Origin: Selaginella moellendorffii
Lineage: Eukaryota; Plantae; Lycopodiophyta
Assembly (NCBI RefSeq): GCF_000143415.4
Contig: NW_003314263.1
Coordinates: 3,245,022-3,309,021 of the forward strand
Direction: 5' to 3'
DNA length: 64,000 bases
Shown here piece by piece: positions 26,231 to 38,943 of the stretch. The notes beneath the pieces were generated by a model. The model made no database searches. It saw nothing but the letters and a program-made list of their open reading frames with translations, and was not told the origin of the DNA. The position numbers and the translations under genes are program-made. Each line of letters opens with the position of its first letter. Position 1 is the first letter of the stretch.

Positions 26231-27013
26231 TTGTGAAAGAACACTCTTCGATGCAATCGTCTAGATCTCAAGTTCTAGAAATCATTCAAAGGTATCTATC
26301 TACCTGCATATTCCGATGATCGCAAACCACAGTACTCCAGGCTCCGTAAGAATGTATTTCGTTCTCCTGGCTGATTGAAACACAGCACTGTCAGAGCTAC
26401 AAAGGAAAGAAATCCATGAACTCCATAATTCCACCTGGAAGATGTTGCGAGGGATGAATTGGATTTGGGAAAATTCCAGCGGAAATCGTTGCTCTTGAGC
26501 AGCACAGGCTGCCGCATTCGACAATCAAGAAGCCTCCGCGCTCTGGATGGAAATCGCCTGTGCTGTAGCGGCGGCAGTCCCTAATCCAGAATCGAGAGGG
26601 GAGTATCGGAGATGCGCGGCATACCTTCAGCGTACTGGCGCGTGGTAACGCCATCGCCCTGGAACCCTAAATTTCCATTCCTTTAGCCCGTTAAACCCTA
26701 AACCCAAACATGATAGTTTAGTTTAATAAAAAGTGTTAATACGAAAGAGAAGAATATTCTCCTTGCTGGCCTGGACTCTCTACTCGGAACTCTTGGACAT
26801 CCTGCGAGAAAGAGGCAAAAAGAAAAGAAGAAAAAGTGTGAGATAGCCGATCAAATGAGAGAGAGAGAGAGAGAGTACTTACATTGCCCTATCGCTTCCC
26901 TCTGCCCTTGGGGCCTCCTCCATAGCGATCGAAGCTCCAAAATCCCAGGAGCTCGAAACAAAGTAGCGTCAGGGAGCTTCCAAGAGCCCAGCGAGCTCAA
27001 ATTCCCTGCCTTT

Positions 27014-27562
27014 CTAGCTCAAGCATCCGATTCCCATCAAAAGCAGCCAGAGGAGGAGTACGCTGATGATCAACACACACGGGCAGCAATCCTCTTCCTC
27101 CGGAACAGCCGGATCGTCGTCGGGATCGTCGGGGTCGTCGTCGGGATCGTCGTCGGGATCGTCAGGGTCCTCGGGGTCGTGGGGATCGCTGCCATTGCGC
27201 TTACACTCGGATATTTCCTGCTGGTAGTCGCGTAATCGCTGCCGGGACGCCTCGAGCTCGCCATCGCCGCCATCGCCGCCATCGCTCCTGCCGCCATCGA
27301 AATCGAACGCCTTGATCGCGTGGCGGCACAGCGGGCAAGTCGATCGAGCCCTGGCGGTGGCGCATGACCTCTTCACCCATTTCCCCAAGCACTGGCTGCA
27401 AAACCAGTGGCCGCAGTCCGTGCGGACGTCCGCGATGGCGCTGCAACAGATTGGACATACCTCTCCTTCACCGTCGCTGCGAGCGCCATCGCCATCCCCA
27501 TCCCTGGCATCCATCGCTGGCCGGCGAAGAAGCACAAATGCCCCGCTGGAGTGGACGGCCAC
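27014..27562 (-). CDS. Intronless C3HC4 RING-finger protein with Asp/Pro repeat and C-terminal transmembrane segment
   Basis: CPICCSAIADVRTDCGHWFCSQC...CPLCR (RING-HC); (DDP)n tract; hydrophobic tail VLIISVLLLWLLLMGIG. RNF170-like layout. GC-rich. Confidence 0.8.
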   Translation of the reverse strand: MAVHSSGAFVLLRRPAMDARDGDGDGARSDGEGEVCPICCSAIADVRTDCGHWFCSQCLGKWVKRSCATARARSTCPLCRHAIKAFDFDGGRSDGGDGGDGELEASRQRLRDYQQEISECKRNGSDPHDPEDPDDPDDDPDDDPDDPDDDPAVPEEEDCCPCVLIISVLLLWLLLMGIGCLS

Positions 27563-28522
27563 GATACGCTTGATCCGATGGCTGGAGAAACTCCAACGGT
27601 AAAAGAGTGGAGGGCGCGGATGAAAAGGATCTGACGGCTGTTTAGAAAAACAATCTTATTAGACGGTGGTCCTACGTGGCAGTATTCTAGCCGTTGGGTT
27701 TTGGTGATCTTCCAGCGCGACGAGGAGAGAATCGATGCTCTCGCGGCGCTCAGCTGCTCCATCGATCGCGTATCCCCCGGAATGTCACTGCTTCACGCGA
27801 GGTATTCGCTGCTCATCCGTCGCCGGGAGCCATGCTTCGCCACGCAATGCCGGATTGCGCTCCAATGCTGTGTGTCGATTTCCAGGCAAGGAGCTCGGCT
27901 AGAGGTAGATTTCTTTCACGGTATTGTATTTTGGCGCTGGAACGATGAAGAGTTCTCATTCCCCGCGACGAATGCATCGCTGTGTGAGAAGAATTGCGCT
28001 CTTTCTCGGCACGATCCATGAAGAATTCCTCCTCGCGGCTTTTTCACTCCGTCCTGCCACCAACGAAGATTCAACTCCACCATCGATCGAGGAATGAAGG
28101 TGTTCTCGAGGATTCTAAAAGCAACTCACTCCTTTTCAACCTAGATCCAGCTAAGTTCCTCGAATGATACATATTTCCGACAGTCTGCAACATGAAAAAG
28201 AAGAAAAATCTAAAGCCATGCCAAGACCCACAATTTTTGGGTGAGAAGAATTAAGTACCTTGAAGAAAGCCTCCTTCTGGGGCACCAGCTTACATCAACA
28301 AGCGTGGAGCCTCCACTCCGTTCCAAAAACTCCGCAACAGTCATGCGCTAAATTTTGGGATGCCTGACAAGGTCGCACCGTCGTCTAAAAGCTGCAACAA
28401 AAGGAAGCAACCGGAAGTTTGATCATCTGAGGAGCTGGTGTTGTGAGCTTCTCCAAAAGCTTTGGCTGTCAGGCCCATCTAGAATTTTACGTAGCGGTGC
28501 CATTGAAGTGGCCATTACCTGG

Positions 28523-28524
<2 letters not shown>

Positions 28525-28562
<38 letters not shown>
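28525..28562 (+). repeat. (GA)n microsatellite, recurring in each array unit (also ~34508, ~40438, ~40568, ~61142, ~61272)
   Basis: Direct inspection. Confidence 0.95.
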
Positions 28563-28566
<4 letters not shown>

Positions 28567-28759
28567 TACAAAGTTTTCCAACGAGCAGCCAGTCCAAGAG
28601 AGCGTTAGATGGCAGCCAAGCTCACGTAAAATCGAGATCGCCAAGAGCGTAGAAAATACGTTCAAGGAGGTCGCAAGTAGAGGCCATCGCATCTAAGATC
28701 GATTGAAGAAGAAAGGATGAAAACCAGCGATCGAAACGAGAAAAAAGGAGAACTTACAG

Positions 28760-30370
28760 TGCTTGACGAGCAATGATACGGCTTGAGCGGCGGAGTCGCC
28801 AAATGTGTAGCACTGGACGAGAGCTCGGACGATCGGCTTAGCGAGAGGGATCGCGAGACCGGTCATTAAAAGCATGCAAAGCTTGATGCCTCGATCATCT
28901 TGAGCAAAGATCTGATTGATCCAAAAGAAAAACTTAAACGCGAGAAGTATCGAAAGAGTTACTTCAACCTGCAAAAGCCATTGAGCCAAAGCTCCCACTG
29001 TCGAGGCCAAAACGAGCAAAACACCTCCTGTCAAGCACCACTTTGTATGAATCGACTTTAAAGCTCAAGGCAATGAGGATTGCAAAGCTTGCAATGAATT
29101 GCAGCCTGCATGGATCCAAGAACACAGTCAAGAACACACGAATCTTTTGTCTTGTAACCAAAACTTACAGCGAGAATGATCGATATGCTTGATAGAGCAG
29201 GACTCAAGGATGCAATCCCGTATCTTCCCGAGACACTGCACACGAAACCCATTCCAAAGTTTGGCTACAAACTGGACGTGAAAGCTCGGTCAAAACTTCC
29301 ACAGCCGATTCCCATCAAGCACGCCAGTGTTACACAAGGCGCCATGATTCTCAGCTGGATCAAGAGGATGGTTTTTGCAACTTGAGAGTTTTTCTTCTTC
29401 TGAAGCTACCTGAAGTATAGCCATGCTTCTCGTGATCAATCCACTGCTTGTTTTCAATAACAATCTGTTTGGAAAGCTTTTCAGATTCTACGACAGAAGG
29501 AATGCCGAAAACTTACCCTGTTGTGATTGCATCAATAAGAAAAGCCGCTAATGTGTACATGAGAATGCCAAGGCTCAAAGGTATCTGATAAAAAAGAGGA
29601 TGGTGTAAGCGTAGGGGAAAAAAACCGGTTTTCATTTGAGATCTTGCTAAAAGAGGATGAAAAAAATGACTTCAAGAAACTCGAAACATACCTTAAGGCC
29701 GATACCATTGCTATGTGGATTGGTCCATTGATTCCTGTAAGAATTAACGGTGAATTTTGCTCGATGCTTCAGCTAGAAACTGTATACCTCCAAGGATTAT
29801 CAGAAAAAATCCTGGTACAATGGACGCATATCTACAAACTTTCGAACTTAGCAAAGAGAACCATGAACTCGATGCATACCCGAACGCATCTACAACAGGA
29901 TCAACACCAAATACAGCAGCAAGAACAAGCTCACGAACTAATCCCTGCGAAGGGGTGAAGAAAAAACTCAAAAGTCTTGCGAAGAATGAAAAACATTTTT
30001 AACACGAGAGGGATACAACAAGACTTACCAAGACTTTGCTAAGAGCAGTAGCACTTCCCATCACTCCCGCTAGCTTCAAAAACTTACCACCGCCACCTGA
30101 GAAGAAAATAATCTTGAGAAGAAGCGAACAAAGAGAAAGAAGAAAAACCTCTGGAGTCAACAAAGACGTAGCCCGATCCTTTGCAAGAGTCTTCGTTTCC
30201 AGCATACCTGAGCACTTAGTTTGCCGGAAACTAGAAGCCCACTTGAGAGGGAGGCCCTCCTACCGAGAGACAAGGAGCCTGGAGGCGAAAAACATGAATC
30301 GTCACAGCTTCGTTTCTTCTTACCTGGGCACTGACGAACCGATCCATTCGAGAGAAAGACCCACAACTCG
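28760..30370 (-). pseudogene. murJ: Intron-containing MurJ/MviN (lipid II flippase) homolog, cyanobacterial/plastid type, deleted (copy 1)
   Basis: Exons splice to KFLKLAGVMGSATALSKVL|GLVRELVLAAVFGVDPVVDAFG|YASIVPGFFLIILG|GINGPIHIAMVSAL, matching the MviN N-terminus (ATllSK.fGlvR..iAaaFGvG...DAy.yA..iPgf.lillGGiNGP.H.a.vs.L). Later exons give GRYGIASLSPALSS, GALAQWLLQ and AIPLAKPIVRAL.Q...F...AAQAVS. Central and C-terminal parts are missing. Confidence 0.85.
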
Positions 30371-30674
30371 CTCATCTCAAGATGACCTCTCTCTCTCTCT
30401 CTCTCTCTCGGGTTTTGGACATCAATGCGGCAATAAGCTATGTCGATCATTAAGAGAGTTTACTGATTAAAAAAATTGGAAGGGATGGTAAATCCTGGGG
30501 TCGAGAGTTCCTCTCATCCCATTCTTACTCGAGACCTTTTTTCATTTTTTTATTTCAATAAAGATACCGCAAGCTTGTTTGTAACACATATATATATATA
30601 TAAGTACTTCATAACTCAGCCATTGTTCCACGGCTGTGACGTCATGTTAGAACTTTTCCACCACCCCTGTTCTG

Positions 30675-30742
30675 ATTTAGGACCATTTCTCGATTTGTGC
30701 GTGTCATCCTTGAGCAGGGGCCATGCTAATCTTCTTTGTATC
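30675..30742 (-). ncRNA. 5'-truncated U6 snRNA retrocopy (pseudogene) flanked by an 11-bp direct repeat
   Basis: Reverse complement GATACAAAGAAGATTAGCATGGCCCCTGCTCAAGGATGACACGCACAAATCGAGAAATGGTCCTAAAT is the 3' two-thirds of plant U6 (ACAGAGA box mutated). CCCCTGTTCTG at 30664-30674 and 30759-30769. Confidence 0.9.
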
Positions 30743-30919
30743 ATTCAGTGTCTTGGAGCCCCTGTTCTGGTTTAGGGCTAGCTGGTGGGGTTGGGACACT
30801 TGACAACGTACCACACTTTTTTCTTAAAACACTAGAGACAACGTCGGCTCGCGGGAGTTAATCACACACGTTTTTCTCATGTCTGTAAACAACATATGGC
30901 AGCTTGAAATCTTGGGTTG

Positions 30920-30927
30920 CTATAAAA
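30920..30927 (+). promoter_or_regulatory. TATA box of MACPF gene (conserved in all four copies)
   Basis: CTATAAAA about 40 bp upstream of the ATG in each copy. Confidence 0.6.
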
Positions 30928-30959
30928 CCCAGGGTAAAATCTTCAAGCAGCACACAAGA

Positions 30960-32421
30960 ATGGCTTCTTCAGGAACTTTCTTCTTTGTTCTTTTTGTTCT
31001 CTATGTTTCTACAGGTATCATCTATCGTCCTTTGAGTGCATCTTTGATGTCATATAAATCTCTGTTTTGTGTGTGTAGTCGCTGCCCAAAACGTGCATTT
31101 TGGTTATGGAGTTTATCTTCCCACTACTGATCTGGGATCTCCGTTGAGGACCCTGAGGCCCATTTTCAACGAGAGAGCTAACGAATTCCTGCTGACCGAG
31201 AACTATACCTCTGTCAAAAACAACCATGCCCACACCAGTAATAATGAAGAGCTCTACAGATCAGTAAGCTATGCAACGGTACCAGTTCCTAATCTGATCG
31301 GTTGATCACAGTTTGGAGTTACGTTTGGGATGAACGTTCCTATAAAAGTTCTGCAGCTTAACATCGAGGCATCGTTCAACAAGATTGCGGGGAGCAAGAC
31401 AAGCATCAAGACCACCTCCGTGTTTGTGGAGTCATACAACCAGAGGATCTACCTCCGGGACCATGCAAGGGCCATCCAAACCCTCCCACTCAACTCTGAT
31501 TTCCTCAGTGACTTGCGCAACCTTCCCGAGCCACCCAGCTCCGACAGCGCTTGGGGGCCATACCAATCCTTCTTGAACAAGTGGGGAACGCACTACGTGG
31601 CCGAGATGTTCCACGGCTCATGGCTGCGCCAGTGGACCGTGGCCTCCTCCACGGCGACGTTCACCGAGCGCCAAATGCAGGCCAAAGCCTGTGCCAAGCT
31701 CACCGGCCTCAAGGGAGTCCTCCCCAACATGGAGGGCTGCGCGGGTATCACTCTTGAGGAGATGCGCGCCGCGGAGGGGATCAACACGCAAGACACTCGA
31801 GAGGCCCGGGGTGGATCCTCCGCCACCGTCTCGCAGCTGCTCTCGGGTGACATAACCAACGATCTCATCCGGAAGTTCATCGAGGAGGGAGCCACGAGCA
31901 AGGAAGCAGTACGCTACGGCTTCTTTCCAGTGTGGGTGCCCGTCTTGTCTCAGTACATGTCGTCCGCGTCCATGGAGTGGAGAGTGGCAACGGCGCTCCA
32001 GGCTTACTATGAAGGCTTCCTCGCCTTCAAGTGTCCCCTGGACCAGCTCAACACACCCGCGACTGTCTTGCAGCAGTTTCGGAGGCTCAGCAATGGCAAG
32101 TATCAGTGCGTTCGCCAGTGCCAGGGCTGCAGGCTTGACAAGGATTGCAACCTTAGTGGTGTATCTGGATGCTATTGCTACGGTAACTCGTGCATCAACG
32201 CTCTGGGACCGGATGGCCGAGCTCAGGTTCAGCGGCAGAAGGATAACCTCGACCGTAATGTGCTGCCTAACAGGTCGTGTGAGTACAACTTTCCTCAGTG
32301 CCGCTGCAACACCAAATCCAAAGAGGCGAATTGTGGTGCTGACAACATGATTCCGATATGGGACCAGGGTCAAAACAGCATTGCGATCGATTCAAACATC
32401 CTTCTTTATGACAAAGAATGA
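30960..32421 (+). CDS. Secreted MACPF (perforin-like) protein with Cys-rich C-terminal domain, subtype A, copy 1; exons 30960-31014, 31079-31263, 31312-32421 (449 aa)
   Basis: GT-AG introns join in frame to MASSGTFFFVLFVLYVSTVAA-QNVHFGYGVYLP... (signal peptide). MACPF signature region LNSDFLSDLRNLP...YQSFLNKWGTHYVAEMFHGS, REARGG, and a tail with more than 10 Cys (CVRQCQGCRLDKDC..GCYCYGNSC..CEYNFPQCRC). Confidence 0.85.
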
Positions 32422-32837
32422 GCCAAACATGATTGTGTGTTTGTTGTTTGTGATTTGCATTGCATTACGTCTCTACAATAACATGCATCTCTATGTATAT
32501 TTTCCATGGTTGTGTGTGGTTTGTATTTAACAGTCCTGTGTTTTCAAAAAGAATAAATAAAAAGATGTTAAGTTATACAATACAATTCGCAAGAGTCGGC
32601 AGCTGTGTACACTGTGTAGGTGAAAGATGACTTCCATGTACTATATGAGCTCCCCAAGACATGCACATCTCAGCTGGAAGACCTTTCTGTCCTGGCATGA
32701 GTGGGATCAAGTAACTCTTCTGAGCAGGATCCAGCAGTTGCAAAGAGTGGCCTAAATTGGAGCAGCTGCAATCAAGACCTGGTGGTAAATTGTGTATACT
32801 TGAATTAGACTTGGAAAAACATTATCACTAAATTGTT

Positions 32838-33990
32838 TGTGAGTGCATGAAATATGGAAAGGGAATATAAAAATGTGCATATCAATTAGCCCAAAAACCT
32901 TAGCTTATATACAGAAGCGAGTGGTCTGGATTGAAACTAATATGACAGCTACCAAAATCCCACTATGCTAATATTAGTATACGGCATCGTAGCCATACAC
33001 TAATGGAAGACTATCAGGGTTCTCTTGTAAACGGGCTGGGATCTAGAGGAACATCAGGAGGAGGCATCGGCGCATCTGTAGACGGTATTAACTGCTCCTG
33101 ATCCTTTTGTATGAAGCATTTCAACTGCTGCACATGCACAATCTCTAGAGGCTTGGCCTACTAGACGTCATGCCGAACCTTATAAACTTGTGGTGTAACT
33201 TGCCGCAACACCTGATATGGTCCTTTCCATTGTGCAAGGAGCCCCTTAGATAAACCACGTACCGTAAGATGGGGAAAATGGACTAACACTAAATCATCCA
33301 CTTTGTACTCCGTAGGTAGACGATGATGGGAGTTATACCACCGTTGTTGTCCCACTTGTACGTGGCCTAAGTATTTGGTAGACTCTGCTCGGACAAGTGG
33401 AAAAATGCTCGTCAAATATTGATCCCATGACCTAGCATTTGTAGCTTGTGGCAATCGTGAAGGTAAACCCAGCTCCGTTGGTAATATTGGATCATGATCA
33501 TATAGAAGTTTATATGGTGAAGCACCAATATAACTCTACACCCCAGTGATATATATATACCAAATAGATGGCAAATAATTATCCCAATCCGAATGCTAAA
33601 AATTCACATACTTCACAATCATCCCCTTGAATGTCCGAATGAGCCGTTCCACCAAGCTATTTGATTGTGGATGGTAAACAATGTGGTGTATCCCCAACCA
33701 AAACATCAAAACATGAAATGCCTCAGCCATAAATGTGGGACCATTATCCGAAAGAATCCATTCTGGAACACCACTCGATTGAGGAGGAAGTATCCAATAT
33801 CAGTTGCAGAGACGCTAGTAAGAGCACCAACTTCCACCCAATGAGTTAAATAGTCATAAACAATAATAACATACTCATTACCAATAGTCTACCGTGAAAA
33901 AGATCCCTTAAGATCAAATGCGACCAACTCAAATGGACGGAAAACTACAATTGACTCCAACCATCCTTCCGCAACCCGAGGGGGAGTATT
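32838..33990 (-). mobile_element. Decayed Ty3/gypsy fragment (partial 3' LTR plus integrase) of the same family as 51734-57790
   Basis: LTR-like TGTGAGTGC...GGCATCGTAGCCATACAC at 32838-~33000. Degenerate integrase (WKGPYQV...) homologous to 52103-53146. Confidence 0.85.
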
Positions 33991-34719
33991 ACAAGTATTA
34001 CGAATTATTAAGAATTCCTCCTCGCGGCTTTTTCACTCTGTCCTGCCACCAACGAAGATTCAACTCCACCATCGATCAAGGAATGAAGGCGTTCTCGAGG
34101 ATTCTAAAAGGAACTCACTCCTTTTCAACCTAGATCCAGCTAAGTTCCTCGAATGATACATATTTCCGACAGCCTGCAACATGAAAAAGAAGAAAAATCT
34201 AAAGCCATGCCAAGACCCACAATTTTTGGGTGAGAAGAATTAAGTACCTTGAAGAAAGCCTCCTTCTGGGGCACCTCAACAAGCGTGGAGCCTCCACTCC
34301 GTTCCAAAAACTCCGCAACAGTCATGCGCTAAATTTTGGGATGCCTGACAAGGTCGCACCGTCGTCTAAAAGCTGCAACAAAAGGAAGCAACCGGAAGTT
34401 TGATCATCTGAGGAGCTGGTGTTGTGAGCTTCTCCAAAAGCTTTGGCTGTCAGGCCCATCTAGAATTTTACGTAGCGGTGCCATTGAAGTGGCCATTACC
34501 TGGAGCACGAGAGAGAGAGAGAGAGAGTTTCCACAAAGTTTTCCAACGAGCAGCCAGTCCAAGAGAGCGTTAGATGGCAGCCAAGCTCACGTAAAATCGA
34601 GATTGCCAAGAGCGTAGAAAATACGTTCAAGGAGGTCGCAAGTAGAGGCCATCGCATCTAAGATCGATCGAAGAAGAAAGGATGAAAACCAGCGATCGAA
34701 ACGAGAAAAAAGGAGACCT

Positions 34720-36200
34720 TACAGTGCTTGACGAGCGATGACACGGCTTGAGCGGCGGAGTCGCCAAATGTGTTAGCACTGGAAGAGAGCTCGGACGATC
34801 GGTTTAGCGAGAGGGATCGCGAGACCGGTCATTAAAAGCATGCAAAGCTTGATGCCTCGATCATCTGGAGCAAACGCGAGAAGTATCGAAAGAGTTACTT
34901 CAACCTGCAAAAGCCATTGAGCCAAAGCTCCCACTGTCGAGGCCAAAACGAGCAAAACACCTCCTGTCAAGCACCACTTTGTATGAATCGACTTTAAAGC
35001 TCAAGGCAATGAGGATTGCACAGCTTGCAATGAATTGCAGCCTGCATGGAGCCAAGAACACAGTCAAGAACACACGAATCTTTTGTCTTGTAACCAAAAC
35101 TTACAGCGAGAATGATCAATATGCTTGATAGAGCAGGACTCAAGGATGCAATCCCGTATCTTCCCGAGACACTGCACACGAAAACCCATTCCAAAGTTTG
35201 GCTGCAAACTGGACGAGAAAACTCGGTCAAAACTTCCACAGCCGATTCCCATCAAGCACGCGAGTGTTACACAAGGCGCCATGATTCTTAGCTAGAGGTT
35301 TTCTTCTTCTGAAGCTACCTGAAGTATAGCCATGCTTCTCGTGATCAATACACCGCTTATTTTCAATAACAATCTGTTTGGAAAGCTTTTGAGATTCTAC
35401 GACAGAAGGAATGCTCAAAACTTACCCTGGTGCGATTGCATCAATAAGAAAAGCCGCTAATGTGTACATGAGAATGCCAAGGCTCAAAGATACCTGATAA
35501 AAAAGAGGATGGTGTAAACGTAGGGGAAAAAAACCGGTTTTCATTTGAGATCTTGCTAAAAGAGGATGAAAAAAATGACTTAAAGAAACTGGATTGGTCC
35601 ATTGATTCCTGTAAGAATTAACGGTGAGTTTTGCTCGATGCTTCAGCTAGAAACTGTATACCTCCAAGGATTATCAGAAAAAATCCTGGTACAATGGACG
35701 CATATCTACAAACTTTCGAACTTAGCGAAGAGCACCATGAACTCGATGCATACCCGAACGCATCTACGACAGGACCAACACCAAATACAGCAGCAAGAAC
35801 AAGCTCACGAACTAATCCCTGTGAAGGGGTGAAGAAAAAACTCAGAAATCTTGCAAAGAATGAAAAACATTTTTAACACGAGAGGGATACAACAAGACTT
35901 ACCAAGACTTTGCTAAGAGCAGTAGCACTTCCAGTCACTCCCGCTAGCTTCAAAAACTTACCACCGCCTTCTGAGAAGAAAATAATGTTGAGAAGAAACG
36001 ACAAAGAGAAAGAAGAAAAACCTTCGGAGTCATTCTCGTTGAGCTCAAACAAAGACGTATTGCGAGAGCATACCTGAGCAATTAGTTTGCCGGAAACTAG
36101 AAGCCCACTTGAGAGGGAGGCCCTCCTACCGAGAGACAAGGAGCCTGGAGGCGAAAAACATGAATCATCACAGCTTCGTTTCTTCTTACCTGGGCACTGA
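34720..36200 (-). pseudogene. murJ: MurJ/MviN pseudogene copy 2
   Basis: Homologous to 28760-30370 with additional deletions (GINGPI.. exon truncated). Confidence 0.8.
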
Positions 36201-37470
36201 CGAACCGATCCATTCGAGAGAAAGACCCACAAGTCGCTCACACCTCAAGATGACCTTTCTCTCTCTGTTTCTCTCTCAAGAGGGTTTTGGACAATAAGCT
36301 ATATCGATCATTAAGAGAGTTTACTGATTTCGAGAGTTCTCATCCCATTCTTACTCGTGACCTTTTTTCATTTTCTTATTTCAATAAAGATATCGCAAGC
36401 TTGTTTGTAACACATATACGGCTGTGACGTAGACTTTTCCACCACCCCTGTTCTGGTTTAGGGCTCCGTCATGAAGTGGTCCGACACGAAGATTTCTGAC
36501 AACGTACACGTTTGTTTTAAAACGTCAGTTCGCGGTCTTGTTTTCAAAGAAGTAAATGGGTTGGTATACGTTCTGACACAACATACCATACGTCTTTCTT
36601 ATGTCTGTAAACAATGAAAATGTGCTTTGTTGATCATTCATTAAGAGAGTTTACTGATTGAATAAGATGTACGAGATGGTGGCGCAGTTGGTCAACACTT
36701 AGCTCGTTAGAAATCCTGAGGTCTGAGGTCGAGAGTTCGAGCATCTCTAAGAAAGAATTTCGGGATTATTATTATTATTTTTACATTTTTTCTTTTTTTG
36801 GTTTGCTTAACTGATGGTAATGGATATATTTAGAATATGTTTGGATATTCAAAGATATTCTACCATCTAACGGTCATTATTTATTCAGATTAATGTATTT
36901 ATAATTTACAAACATGTTTATAATTTATAAACTTGCTTAAACACTTTCTAGTATATTATTTTTAATTCTACCATCGATAATCTTGTATTTATAAATTATA
37001 AACATGTTTATAATTATAAACTTTTATTTGATCAATTAAATTAATAAGTAAAAATAACACTACTATTAAACAAACTAAACATTACTACATGCATTGCATA
37101 ACAAATTATTTTCAATAAAGGTCTGTGTTGTTGCAGAAAGCTTGTTTGTAACACTTTATAACTCAGACACTGTTCCACAGACTGGATGGCTTTTTAGCAC
37201 CCTTGTCTGAAAGCTTCATAATGGACAAATCAAACTATTCAAAGACAACTCTTTTGCACTCCACGGATTGGTATGGCATCCTTATCCTGAGCTGGCTTGC
37301 GCCAGTATGAGCACATGTAGTTTCTGACCCATTGGTACCACATGGTACCACATGTTTTTCTTATGTCTGCTCTGGAATATTATTTCAGAAGTTATAGAAA
37401 CAACATATGGCAGCTTGAAATCGTGGGCTGCTATAAAACCCAGGGTAAAATCTTCAAGCAGCACACAAGA

Positions 37471-38943
37471 ATGGCTTCTTCAGGAATTTTCTTCTTTGTT
37501 CTTTTTGTTCTCTATGTTTCTACAGGTATCATCTATCGTCCTTTGAGTGCATCTTTAATGTCATATAAATCTCTGTTTTGTGTGTGTAGCCGCTGCCCAA
37601 AACGTGCATTTTGGTTATGGAGTTTATCTTCCCACCACGGATCTGGGATCTCCGTTGAGGACCCTGAGGCCTATTTTCAACGAGAGAGCTAACGACTTCT
37701 TGCTGACCGAGAAATATACCTCTGTCACAAACAACCATGCCCACACTAGTAACAACCAAGAGCTCTACAGATCAGTAAGCTATGCAACGGTACCAGTTCC
37801 TAATCTGATCGGTGGTTTGCATTGTGATCACAGTTTGGAGTTACGTTTGCGATGAACGTTCCTATAAAAGTTCTGCAGCTTAACATCGAGGCATCGTTCA
37901 ACAAGATTGCGGGGAGCAAGACAAGCGTCAAGACCACCTCCGTGTTTGTGGAGTCATACAACCAGAGGATCTACCTCCGGAACCATGCAAGGACCGTCCA
38001 AACCCTCCCACTCAACTCTGATTTCCTCAGTGACTTGCGCAACCTTCCCGAGCCACCCAACTCCGACAGCGCTTGGGGGCCATACCGATCCTTCTTGAAC
38101 AAGTGGGGAACACACTACGTGTCCGAGACGTTCCACGGCTCATGGCTGCGCCAGTGGACCGTGGCCTCCTCCACGGCGACGTTCACCCAGCGCCAAATGC
38201 AGGCCAAAGCCTGTGCCAAGCTCACCGGCCTCAAGGGAGTCCTCCCCAACTTGGAGGGCTGCGCGGGGATCACTCTTGACGACATGCGCGCCGCGGAGAG
38301 GATCGACACGCAAGACACTCGAGAGGCCCGGGGTGGATCCTCCGCCACCGTCTCGCAGCTGCTCTCGGGTAACATAACCAACGATCTCATCCGGAAGTTC
38401 ATCGAGGAGGGAGCCACGAGCAAGGAAGCAGTACGCTACGGCTTCGTTCCAGTGTGGGTGCCCGTCTTGTCTCAGTACATGTCGTCCGCGTCCAAGGAGT
38501 GGAGAGTGGCGACGGCGCTCCAGGCTTACTATGAAGGCTTCCTCGCCTTCAAGTGTCCCCTGGAGCGGCTCAACACACCCGCGACTGTCTTGCAGCAGTT
38601 TCGAAGGCACAGCAATGGCAAGTATCAGTGCGTTCGCCAGTGCCAGGGCTGCAGGCTTGACAAGGATTGCAACCTTAGTGGTGCATCTGGATGCTACTGC
38701 TACGGTAACTCGTGCATCAACGCTCTGGGACCGGATGGCCGGGCTCAGGTTCAGCCGCAGAAGGATAACCTCGACCGTAATGTGCTGCCTAACAGGTCGT
38801 GTGAGTACAACTTTCCTCAGTGCCGCTGCAACACTAAATCCAAAGAGCCGAACTGTGGTGCTGACAACATGATTCCGATATGGGACCAGGGTCAGAACAG
38901 CATTGCGATCGATTCAGACATCCTTCTTTATGACGAAGAATGA
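37471..38943 (+). CDS. Secreted MACPF protein, subtype B, copy 2 (3 exons)
   Basis: Same gene structure as copy 1. Intact 363-aa ORF in the last exon with YRSFLNKWGTHYVSETFHGS. Confidence 0.85.

Noticed and set aside
28355-28696. ORFs with (ER)n or (SL)n tracts
   Set aside because: Artefacts of translating the (GA)n microsatellite.
30675-30742. Functional U6 snRNA gene
   Set aside because: Lacks the 5' stem-loop, has a mutated ACAGAGA box, no USE/TATA arrangement and no oligo-T terminator.
31593-32373. Long antisense ORFs over the MACPF, Dof, BIG and RING exons
   Set aside because: Shadow ORFs of GC-rich coding sequence with no recognisable domains.
28760-32421. Bacterial contamination or a prokaryotic murJ-toxin operon
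   Set aside because: Both genes have GT-AG introns and lie among plant genes and plant retroelements. MurJ copies are broken.
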